A DNA stretch of 40,297 nt from a virus (Duplodnaviria; Caudoviricetes): IMG/VR virus record IMGVR_UViG_3300014208_000016, positions 1 to 40,297 of that record; one strand, given 5' to 3'. The first letter of the stretch is position 1. The number at the start of each line of letters is the position of its first letter. Below, one piece after another: positions 27,323-35,200 of this stretch. A program made the position numbers and the translations under genes. The notes under the pieces are model-generated. The model was not told the DNA's origin. It did no database searches and saw nothing but the letters and a program-made list of their open reading frames with translations.

Positions 27323-27452
27323 AAAAGAATGTTCTCACATATTGTCGATATCTTAGGTCTTGCTGATATAGAGAAGCCAATATAGATATTAGGACGCTAA
27401 ATAAAAATATAAACTTGATTAATCTCATGGTATATAAACTCGTATTTAACAG

Positions 27453-27824
27453 GTGATTTTAATGTTTTTAAAATGTGAATGTGGGAAACAAAAATACGCA
27501 TCAGAATATGTACTTATACCTTGTGATTCATTCACGGAAGAGATAATGTATTTAGCTCATTGTCACAAATGTGATAGAGATTTAATTTATCTATTATCTA
27601 AGTATCCAGATGGAAGAATTCAAAAATGTCATATAGCTAATACTAGTTCCTTTTTAAAGAGACGAGACATTGATTATATGATACAACCAATCAGACAGAG
27701 ATGGTGTAGTGCTAAAGGTTACCGCTACTATAAAGGCTATGGCTCTAAAAAAAGCATACAAGGTGGCATCTATCGCCTCTCTGATGATAGGGTTGAAGAA
27801 AAGGTGGAGTCACCTTTATTATGA
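27453..27824 (+). CDS. Cys-rich putative zinc-binding protein
   Basis: CECG and CHKC motifs; probable start at the internal ATG (MFLKC). Confidence 0.6.
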   Translation: MILMFLKCECGKQKYASEYVLIPCDSFTEEIMYLAHCHKCDRDLIYLLSKYPDGRIQKCHIANTSSFLKRRDIDYMIQPIRQRWCSAKGYRYYKGYGSKKSIQGGIYRLSDDRVEEKVESPLL

Positions 27825-28093
27825 ACGACACAGATCGTTTTCCTATTTTTTTATTGTTTAAGGGTAAATTAATTCCAACTACCAAAGAAATTCATATAAC
27901 TGGATATCAATATCATCATTATGTAGAAAAGAAATTACTTAAAAAATATCCTAGTCTTTTGAAACATCAAAAACTTATTTACATGCCTAATGATTGTAAT
28001 TATGATATAGATAAAAGGATAGAAAATTTTAAACATAGATGGGGTATAGAATTAAAAGAAGTAGTATATTTAGGAGATAAAGATGAAATTTGA
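27821..28093 (+). CDS. Hypothetical protein, possibly degenerate HNH-like
   Basis: QYHHY...LIYMP pattern; ATGA coupling. Confidence 0.45.
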   Translation: MNDTDRFPIFLLFKGKLIPTTKEIHITGYQYHHYVEKKLLKKYPSLLKHQKLIYMPNDCNYDIDKRIENFKHRWGIELKEVVYLGDKDEI

Positions 28094-28247
28094 TGAAATA
28101 GTTAAAATTATACAAATAGCTGAACCGTTAATTATAGAACTTATTAAAGACGGTGCGCCTCCAACGATTGATCTATTTAAATTAATATTCAAAAGTGTTA
28201 AATCCATTCTCAGTGCCATAGAAGAAATTAAAGAGTTAAAATCTTAA
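28083..28247 (+). CDS. Small amphipathic helical protein (54 aa)
   Basis: AGGAG RBS; MKFDEIVKIIQIAEPLIIELIK... Confidence 0.55.
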   Translation: MKFDEIVKIIQIAEPLIIELIKDGAPPTIDLFKLIFKSVKSILSAIEEIKELKS

Positions 28248-28577
28248 ATGTTCTTAGATGAAGAATTAGTAACCAAGCAGGATTATCAAATAGCACTATG
28301 TTTAATAAATCAGCAATTAGAAAAGGCTATTTCTGACTTAAATGTATCTAAAAAACAATTTAGGTCTTGCTATTCAGAATATATCAATTATTTTATTAGA
28401 AATGATTTAAAAAGCAAAGATACTCAAATTGCGTATATTCTAAAAAATAAACCTCAATACGAGGTTATATTTGATTGTTTAGATGATAATCAAGAAGAGG
28501 TTAATAAACTCCTAAGAATGCGTGATGATATTTTAAAATTAATGAGTATGTCTCAAAGTGAATTGAAACTTATATAA
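28248..28577 (+). CDS. Hypothetical coiled-coil protein
   Basis: 109-aa ORF abutting the previous gene. Confidence 0.55.
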   Translation: MFLDEELVTKQDYQIALCLINQQLEKAISDLNVSKKQFRSCYSEYINYFIRNDLKSKDTQIAYILKNKPQYEVIFDCLDDNQEEVNKLLRMRDDILKLMSMSQSELKLI

Positions 28578-28602
28578 AAAAAACTCCCTTTAAAAAGGGA
28601 GT
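28576..28602 (-). terminator. Intrinsic terminator at a convergence point
   Basis: ACTCCCTT/AAGGGAGT stem with a long T run on the - strand. Confidence 0.7.
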
Positions 28603-28716
28603 GGAGTAGTAAGGAGAGTAGAAGTATTAATGTCGCACTACTAAACTCTATCATCCAAAAATATTAAAACAAGTGCTATTATTATAATACTATAAACTAT
28701 TACTGGCGCAATCGTA

Positions 28717-29283
28717 TTAGACATTCTTCTTGTTTCCTTTCGTTAATAAATTAATACTTAAATCTATCGGTAGTCTTTCTACGTGTTTTTGTAAGTGGGC
28801 TGGGGTTATTTCATCGTAAGGAATATTAAACTCATAGCATGTTTTATAGCCGACCTCGGACATTGCTAAATATTTACTACATATTAAATTCTTAGTTCCT
28901 CTACTTGATAATAATGGGACGTTATCCAATAGTCTATAAAATAGATTTTTAACATCATAAGGATAATACTTTATGAAATTATAATAATATATTAAAGAAG
29001 GTATATCAAGATCAAGCTCCTTGAAGATAATAATATCTTTTTTATCTTTTGTTTTTTCCAAAACATAGTCAGATAATTTTATTTTTCTAACTCCACCGTA
29101 GAGAATAGAAGCCTCAAAAATATACCAAGTAGCATTATTGTCAGGACAATAAATTAAAGCTAGAACATGACTGCACTTATTCCCCTTAATGAACTCTTGT
29201 CCCTGCTGATGATCTTCTATAAAATCACTTATTAAATTATCACTAAATGATAAACCTATATATGTTTTATTTTTGTCTAACAT
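28717..29283 (-). CDS. Permuted papain-like NlpC/P60 (YiiX/YaeF-type) enzyme
   Basis: SHV..FEA..GGVR..PYD..ICS..ITP.HL, with His preceding the catalytic Cys. Confidence 0.7.
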   Translation of the reverse strand: MLDKNKTYIGLSFSDNLISDFIEDHQQGQEFIKGNKCSHVLALIYCPDNNATWYIFEASILYGGVRKIKLSDYVLEKTKDKKDIIIFKELDLDIPSLIYYYNFIKYYPYDVKNLFYRLLDNVPLLSSRGTKNLICSKYLAMSEVGYKTCYEFNIPYDEITPAHLQKHVERLPIDLSINLLTKGNKKNV

Positions 29284-29340
29284 TCAATTCTCCTTATATC
29301 AAGATGTTTGCTATTGTTAGGAATAATCCCCTCTCATACA

Positions 29341-30063
29341 TTAATTATTATCTTTTAATGTAAATAATCTCTCCAAGGCCTTTTTTGAATTTGATTTAAC
29401 ATCCAACTTCATGGATATTTGTTTTTGCCAAACAACCTTAAAGTCTTCAGGCATACTATATTCTGATATAAATATTTTTAGACCTTCTTTATGCTTGGCT
29501 CTACACCAAGTGTAAAATTTTTCGTAGTCGAAAGACTTGCTCACCGCATCATATTTGGTAGTACCTGCATACGGTATATCGCAATACACGACCGAGCCAG
29601 ATGGAATATTTTTTAAATCTTCATATCCACAATTTATAAATCTAATGGCCTTTATCTTCTCAGCCTGTCTAATTGCATGCTCGAAACCAGCTTTTACATA
29701 GTCCTTGCGTTTGGCGTTTTGACACCAACCACCAAACCACTTTCCCCCAAATGATAAGTTATATCCAACATGACCCAACATGAAATCAGAAAACTTTTCC
29801 TTATTGTTTTTCATATAGGTATAATCTTCTTTTGAAAATTCTGCTTCTGATTTTGGCATCCATGACGTATCTTCTTTAATCTTATTTAAAAAAGCTATTG
29901 TATATTTATTTACATCCGAAGCTATTATATTTTTACAGCTTGCATGCTGTACTAAATTACCACCCCCCACAAAGGCATCTATAAAATAATTTTCCCCAAT
30001 GTCTTTAAGCATTATTTCTAATATTTCTTTAGCTATTCTATTCTTACTTCCCATATAAATCAT
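29341..30063 (-). CDS. DNA adenine methyltransferase (Dam/D12 class)
   Basis: YMGSKNRIAK, DAFVGGGN, VVYCDIPY, FISEY; AAGGAG RBS places the start at 30063 rather than 30201. Confidence 0.8.
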   Translation of the reverse strand: MIYMGSKNRIAKEILEIMLKDIGENYFIDAFVGGGNLVQHASCKNIIASDVNKYTIAFLNKIKEDTSWMPKSEAEFSKEDYTYMKNNKEKFSDFMLGHVGYNLSFGGKWFGGWCQNAKRKDYVKAGFEHAIRQAEKIKAIRFINCGYEDLKNIPSGSVVYCDIPYAGTTKYDAVSKSFDYEKFYTWCRAKHKEGLKIFISEYSMPEDFKVVWQKQISMKLDVKSNSKKALERLFTLKDNN

Positions 30064-30065
30064 AC

Positions 30066-30251
30066 TTATAATTCTCCTTGTATTAATATTATTTTTACTA
30101 TCTCTAAAATGAATATGATTTGGGATACCATTAAGGCGAGGGCAAAACATAAACATAAGCAAAAAACCGCAGCTTTTTCGATGATCGCCCATAAATCCCA
30201 TAATAGTTCTTTTAAATTATTAACTACTTTCCCCATTATTACACATACCAC
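30066..30251 (-). CDS. Small membrane protein
   Basis: Long hydrophobic stretch AAVFCLCLCFALALMVSQIIFILEIV. Confidence 0.5.
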   Translation of the reverse strand: MVCVIMGKVVNNLKELLWDLWAIIEKAAVFCLCLCFALALMVSQIIFILEIVKIILIQGEL

Positions 30252-30556
30252 AATTCGTTATTAATTTCAACGGGAAGACTGTCAACCCCACATAATTCTT
30301 TTATTATTTTAGCCTGTAGTAATACCCCCTCTTGGTGATTGGTTAAATCTTCATCGCTACACCAAGAGAAGATTATAACCATCTTTCTATCATTGTATTG
30401 ATCTCTGATTTTATAAGTAAAAGATGATTCAGTTTGATAACAATGTCCGAAAGTGTTAGTCATAAATTTTACCATATAACTTCCTAGGTTTTGCAGATTA
30501 TTTAATGAATATGATATATCATTCGGTAGATAAATACTTATTTTATTTTTGTACAT
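30239..30556 (-). CDS. Hypothetical early protein
   Basis: 105-aa ORF with GGAG RBS. Confidence 0.55.
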   Translation of the reverse strand: MYKNKISIYLPNDISYSLNNLQNLGSYMVKFMTNTFGHCYQTESSFTYKIRDQYNDRKMVIIFSWCSDEDLTNHQEGVLLQAKIIKELCGVDSLPVEINNELWYV

Positions 30557-30749
30557 ACTTTACTCCCATTCTTTTTTTAAACTCAATAACGCCTTCTTTA
30601 TTTACATTGTAAATACAATTAGTGCCTGGAACTGTTATCATATAACTATTGGTATCTGTTTTAGCAAGTAAATCCAATTGTTCAGCTAACCAACATCTTA
30701 CGTCAGGTTTTAAACCATATTTTTTTCTATTAGATGCTTTGTACACCAA
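30543..30749 (-). CDS. Hypothetical early protein
   Basis: AGGAGGT RBS before a TTG start. Confidence 0.55.
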   Translation of the reverse strand: MVYKASNRKKYGLKPDVRCWLAEQLDLLAKTDTNSYMITVPGTNCIYNVNKEGVIEFKKRMGVKYVQK

Positions 30750-30782
30750 GACCTCCTATTCTTGTTATATTAAACTAATTTT

Positions 30783-30989
30783 CTAATAATTATTTTCTTC
30801 TCTTTGTTTATTTATAACCGTAGTAACGATCTCGATACATTCCAAACTATCACATCGTCCACCACAGGAATTATAACACTCGCTTGTATTTAATATATAT
30901 TTAAATATTTCACATGCAGTTAATCTTTGATTAAGACATTTTCTAACAGCAGCCATTGCTATTAAAACATCCCTAGATGTAGTTTTCAT
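30783..30989 (-). CDS. Small Cys-containing early protein
   Basis: 68 aa; ATGA coupling. Confidence 0.55.
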   Translation of the reverse strand: MKTTSRDVLIAMAAVRKCLNQRLTACEIFKYILNTSECYNSCGGRCDSLECIEIVTTVINKQREENNY

Positions 30990-31345
30990 TCATTATTTTC
31001 TCCTATTTGAATTATGTTAAACCAGTTTTCTTTAGAAACATCAACAATAAAAATACTGTTATCTCCATGTGAATATGTCTTTATTGTTTCATAATCATTA
31101 TTTAAAATAGATTCTTCCCACTCTGCAGCGCAGTTCCATACACCCAAACTTAAATTTCCGTTTATCTCAGTGTGACATATACCAATGAATCTGGCACAGA
31201 TATAATCAACATCTCCCTTTCTGTTGTCCATGCATTTTTTATAATCTTCGAGATAATCTAAAACATCATCTCCATTCCAGTGTAGATAGACTACAGGACT
31301 AATTTCTTTAGCGTTCCTAAAAATAACTAATGCTCTATTTCCCAT
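30986..31345 (-). CDS. Conserved phage early protein (MGNR...YLHWNG type)
   Basis: MGNRA.V...VYLHWNG...HGDN pattern; GGAGG RBS. Confidence 0.6.
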   Translation of the reverse strand: MGNRALVIFRNAKEISPVVYLHWNGDDVLDYLEDYKKCMDNRKGDVDYICARFIGICHTEINGNLSLGVWNCAAEWEESILNNDYETIKTYSHGDNSIFIVDVSKENWFNIIQIGENNE

Positions 31346-31418
31346 TTTAGTAAATTCCTCCGTTTATAAACTACTACAATCGATTTTAAGAAGTGTTTGA
31401 ATGTGTTCCCTTGTGTTC

Positions 31419-31556
31419 CTACCTATATTTATTTAGACTGTCGGTAAAGACTCTTATTGTAACAATGATTAAAGATGTGACTACAAATCCGATAATGAAG
31501 AAAATAAATCCCTCTGTAAAATGACTATACTCTCTAAAATAATTTAAGTTGTACAT
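31419..31556 (-). CDS. Small single-TM protein (45 aa)
   Basis: AAGGAG RBS; MYNLNYFREYSHFTEGFIFFIIGFVVTSLIIVTIRVFTDSLNKYR. Confidence 0.6.
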   Translation of the reverse strand: MYNLNYFREYSHFTEGFIFFIIGFVVTSLIIVTIRVFTDSLNKYR

Positions 31557-31576
31557 AATTTCTCCTTAATTTAATC

Positions 31577-31638
31577 TGACAAAATTGTCATAACCAACTA
31601 ACAATATTATAATAACATACACTTTTTTACAGTATCAA
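31577..31638 (-). promoter_or_regulatory. Leftward early promoter with downstream palindrome
   Basis: TTGATA-18-TATTAT with extended TG; TGACAA-AA-TTGTCA at 31577-31590. Confidence 0.6.
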
Positions 31639-31716
31639 TACATCGAACGTATTAGATTACAAAATTGTTACATAAACATCTAAAGATAAATAAAATCAAT
31701 CTAAAGGAATAAAATC

Positions 31717-32079
31717 ATGTCTAAGAAAGATATAGCAAAGGCTATGTACTTATCAGGTGAAAAGCCTTGTGTTATTGCAAAGAAATTAAAGTATAAACCT
31801 AATACCATATCTAACTGGGCTTGTGTTGAAGGATGGGACAAAGAAAGACAAATAAAAACAAAAGAGGCTGTAAATCTCTTCGAAAGTGAGATTAAGGAGC
31901 TAACAACACTAGCTATTACTAAGCTTAATAAATTATTAAAAGACCCAGTGGTAAAAGATTCTGATAGAGTAGCAGCCATTAGATGTGCTCTTGACATCTC
32001 GGGACTAAAGAATGAAAAGAAAAATATTGGATTTGATGCACAGGGATTAGAAGTAATAATTAATCAAATCCCATTATAA
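31717..32079 (+). CDS. terS: Terminase small subunit
   Basis: AKAMYLSG...IAKKL..NTISNW...GW HTH; DRVAA..LDISG motif; upstream of TerL. Confidence 0.65.
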   Translation: MSKKDIAKAMYLSGEKPCVIAKKLKYKPNTISNWACVEGWDKERQIKTKEAVNLFESEIKELTTLAITKLNKLLKDPVVKDSDRVAAIRCALDISGLKNEKKNIGFDAQGLEVIINQIPL

Positions 32080-32187
32080 AATTAACAGATTATTATATAT
32101 TTTCGATAATCAGAAAAAATAAAACGAAGTTATGCACCTTTGGCTCATTTGTTCACCGCACGGATAAAAACATAATTTTGGATAATC

Positions 32188-32213
32188 AAAAAAAAGAGAC
32201 CTTTTCAGGTCTC
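32188..32213 (-). terminator. Intrinsic terminator of an antisense mini-cassette
   Basis: GAGACC/GGTCTC stem plus T8 on the - strand. Confidence 0.7.
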
Positions 32214-32237
32214 GTGTCGAGTTGGGTAAGAAGTATT

Positions 32238-32396
32238 TTAAAATATAATAGAATATTTTACGTTTATTTCTTCTTGTCTATTTATAAAAGTGTTTTCGTC
32301 TATCATTCTATTTGAATGTAAAGCATGTAAGGCATTTATTTCTCTATTATAATTATCCCAATTTCTTGCCCTTCTTTGTGTTCTTTCACTTTTCAT
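32238..32396 (-). CDS. Small antisense protein (52 aa)
   Basis: MKSERTQRRARNWDNYNREINALHALH...; flanked by its own promoter and terminator; weak RBS. Confidence 0.5.
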   Translation of the reverse strand: MKSERTQRRARNWDNYNREINALHALHSNRMIDENTFINRQEEINVKYSIIF

Positions 32397-32429
32397 TTAT
32401 CTTGCCCTTTATTTTCTAATCACTCTAAA

Positions 32430-32459
32430 ATCATAGCATCTAATTTATTTTCAAGTCAA
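32430..32459 (-). promoter_or_regulatory. sigma70-type promoter
   Basis: TTGACT-18-TATGAT with extended TG. Confidence 0.6.
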
Positions 32460-32515
32460 ATACTTTTTATTAAATACATTAAATAGTTTACATTACTTTA
32501 CAAAAGGAGAATAAA

Positions 32516-32557
32516 ATGCTAAGTAAATGCAAAGGCAAAAAAGGTAAAGGAAAATAG
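32516..32557 (+). CDS. 13-aa basic micropeptide MLSKCKGKKGKGK
   Basis: AAAGGAG RBS at normal spacing from the ATG. Confidence 0.45.
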   Translation: MLSKCKGKKGKGK

Positions 32558-32577
32558 TTTAAAGACAGAGGAGGATT

Positions 32578-32898
32578 ATGTTTAATAAATACGGAGCCGT
32601 CAAAACTGTAGTTGATGATATAAAATTTGACAGTAAAGCAGAGTCATATAGATATCTGCAATTAAAATGTCTATGTGAGGCCAAAGAGATATTTGACTTA
32701 AAATTACAGGAAAAGTTTCCGTATTATAGCGAAAAAAAGAAAGATAAAAAATTATTCACTTATATCGCAGATTTTACTTATTATGATAAAGAACTTAAAT
32801 TTCACGTTGAAGATGTCAAAGGTATGAGAACATCAGTATTTAATTTAAAGAAGAAGTTAATAGAGGATAGATATCCTTTTGAGATAGAAATAATTTAA
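32578..32898 (+). CDS. DUF1064 family endonuclease
   Basis: NKYGAVK..DDIKFDSKAE..RY, YIADFTY, VEDVKG..T.VF.LKKKL. Confidence 0.85.
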   Translation: MFNKYGAVKTVVDDIKFDSKAESYRYLQLKCLCEAKEIFDLKLQEKFPYYSEKKKDKKLFTYIADFTYYDKELKFHVEDVKGMRTSVFNLKKKLIEDRYPFEIEII

Positions 32899-32908
32899 GG
32901 AGAAGAGG

Positions 32909-33397
32909 ATGAAAATACCTAAGAATATAGATATCTGCGGTGTTAGTTATACAATAGAATTAGTTGAAGAAATAGACCATGACACAAAAAACATGGGAAG
33001 GATTTACGAAGATAGTTCTCGTATCTTACTAAAAAAAGACATGTCCAAAGATAAAATAGAACAGACATTAATACATGAGATAGTCCATGGTGTGCTATGG
33101 GAGACGGGAGTTGAGGACAAATTAGAAGACGATCAAATAGAACGATATACACAATCTTTTACTTCGGCATTGTACCCTGTTATTAAACAGCTAATTAAGG
33201 AGAATGTAATGGCAAAAGGGAAAAAACCTCATCCTGGATTTAAAGCAGTTCAAAAAGAGATAGCTAAAAAAGAAGGGATTCCGATGCAGAACGCAGGAGC
33301 TATTCTAGCAAATGCAGGAAGAAATGCTTCACCTAAAGCTAAAGCTAACAATCCAAATCTAAACAAAATAAAAGGAAGTAAGAAAAAAGGAAAGTAA
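32909..33397 (+). CDS. HExxH metallopeptidase-like domain fused in frame to a small basic protein
   Basis: TLIHEIVHG motif; internal AAGGAG plus ATG at 33209 starts MAKGKKPHPGFK... Confidence 0.65.
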   Translation: MKIPKNIDICGVSYTIELVEEIDHDTKNMGRIYEDSSRILLKKDMSKDKIEQTLIHEIVHGVLWETGVEDKLEDDQIERYTQSFTSALYPVIKQLIKENVMAKGKKPHPGFKAVQKEIAKKEGIPMQNAGAILANAGRNASPKAKANNPNLNKIKGSKKKGK

Positions 33398-33421
33398 TTC
33401 AGAGGATTAGAATCGAGATTA

Positions 33422-34810
33422 ATGACAAAGTTAGAATTTAATTTTGAATATCCCAAAAAGTTACATCCTGTTTTAACAACTGATAAAAGATATATATTAT
33501 TAAAAGGTGGCAGGGGCGGAGGCAAGTCTCATTTTCTGGCACGTAAATTCATAATCGATAGATTACACCAAAAAAGAGATTTAATATGCGTAAGGGAATA
33601 TCAACGTAACTTAGAACAATCAAATTATAAGTTATTTAAAACCTTGATTGAAAAATATAAGTTACCATTTCAAATTAAGTCAGATAAAATTATTTCATTA
33701 ACAACTGGGTCGGAAATAATATTTGAAGGAATGAATAATTTAACAGAGGATAATATCAAATCATACGAAGGTTTTAATGATGCCTGGATAGAAGAAGCAC
33801 ACAAATTCAGCCGTAGTTCATTTCAAAAGCTCAATCCAACGATAAGAGCAGAGGGTTCAAAAATATATATCTCAATGAATCCTGATTTTGAAGATGATGC
33901 GGTTTTGGATGAGATAACTAAAATACACCATGACAATTCTCTAATTATACATATTAACTATAACGAGAATCCCTTTTGTCCACAGATTCTTATAGATCAA
34001 GCAGAAGCTTATAAAAAATACATGCCAGATGAGTACAGACATATCTACCTTGGAGAATGTAAGATAGGTTCAGGAAGAAAGATAGTTAAGAACTGGTCAG
34101 GAGCTAATGAAAGAGATATCCCTTATTTAAAAGAATTGCCAATGATTGTAGGTATGGACTTCAATAGAGACCCTATGTGCTGGGTACTAGCTCATAAAGA
34201 TAAAGAAGCACTATATTTCTTTGATGAATACGCAAGAGAAAACACATGGATTAAACCCTCAATAAAAGAATTATTAGATTTATACAAAGATCATGAAGGT
34301 GGCTTTGTTATATGTGGTGATGCGTCAGGCAATCAACTCAGAAGTGAGGGAGAAGGCAGTTGTTTCACGGAAATATATAACGAATTTACAAGACGTGGTT
34401 TCAGGCAAATAAAACCGGAAGAAATAGAAAATAGAGAGTATTTTGATGTTAATAAACAAAAGCACGCTTCTACCGAAGGGGGGAAATACTTCGCTTTTAA
34501 TTTATCTAATGCTAACCCTTCGCGTACTGCTAGATTCAATAGCTTTAATAATCGTATTGTCGATGAATTTGGACAGCATAATATATTTGTAAATAAATCG
34601 AAATGTAGATGGCTTTATTACAATATAATGAATCTTAAACAAAAGGCAGGAAGTAACGAATTCGACATCCCTACAAATGTTCAAATAAAGAATGACCCCA
34701 CTTTTGCAAATGAATTAAAATACTTAGGTCACCCATATGACGCAGCAAGTTATATTGTTTATAAATATTGGAACATTGAAAAAGAATGTGACATTATACA
34801 AACGTTTTAA
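33422..34810 (+). CDS. terL: Terminase large subunit (PBSX-like)
   Basis: Walker A GGRGGGKS, Walker B WIEEA, PTIR, MNP, nuclease GMDFN...DE...H..DA. Confidence 0.92.
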   Translation: MTKLEFNFEYPKKLHPVLTTDKRYILLKGGRGGGKSHFLARKFIIDRLHQKRDLICVREYQRNLEQSNYKLFKTLIEKYKLPFQIKSDKIISLTTGSEIIFEGMNNLTEDNIKSYEGFNDAWIEEAHKFSRSSFQKLNPTIRAEGSKIYISMNPDFEDDAVLDEITKIHHDNSLIIHINYNENPFCPQILIDQAEAYKKYMPDEYRHIYLGECKIGSGRKIVKNWSGANERDIPYLKELPMIVGMDFNRDPMCWVLAHKDKEALYFFDEYARENTWIKPSIKELLDLYKDHEGGFVICGDASGNQLRSEGEGSCFTEIYNEFTRRGFRQIKPEEIENREYFDVNKQKHASTEGGKYFAFNLSNANPSRTARFNSFNNRIVDEFGQHNIFVNKSKCRWLYYNIMNLKQKAGSNEFDIPTNVQIKNDPTFANELKYLGHPYDAASYIVYKYWNIEKECDIIQTF

Positions 34811-34825
34811 AACAGGAGGAAAAGA

Positions 34826-35140
34826 ATGAAATTATTACACAACAAAACAAATGATCTTTATCTTAATTTAGAAAACATGGTAACGGTTCAAGTCACTGAA
34901 TTAACCAAAGAGTTAAACAAGGTTTACGGGATAGTAGTTTGTTTATCAACTCACTCACCAACACCAGTAGTCTTTTTTAGTGACAAGGAAAAAGCAAGAA
35001 AATGTTTAAAAGATATTATACTCTTTAGAACAGAAGAATTAGTTTTTGGTGATACCTTAGAAGTTGAAGACGATGTAAAGGAGTCTATTTTAGTAGCTCC
35101 TGATTCTGTTAAAAATAAATCATTCAAGATGTCAAAATAA
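34826..35140 (+). CDS. Hypothetical protein
   Basis: 104 aa; AGGAGG RBS. Confidence 0.6.
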   Translation: MKLLHNKTNDLYLNLENMVTVQVTELTKELNKVYGIVVCLSTHSPTPVVFFSDKEKARKCLKDIILFRTEELVFGDTLEVEDDVKESILVAPDSVKNKSFKMSK

Positions 35141-35200
35141 CATATACTAAGGTAAAATACTGGAATAAAATAGTTTCACAGAATTAGTAGGAGATAATAA

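Noticed and set aside
30064-30201. N-terminal extension of the methyltransferase in the ORF track
   Set aside because: Overlaps the membrane-protein ORF; the RBS and the family's YMGSK start indicate 30063.
32099-32195. Repeat-spacer-repeat as a mini-CRISPR
   Set aside because: Only two short A-rich imperfect repeats with a 55-bp interval and no cas genes; kept instead as a pac candidate.
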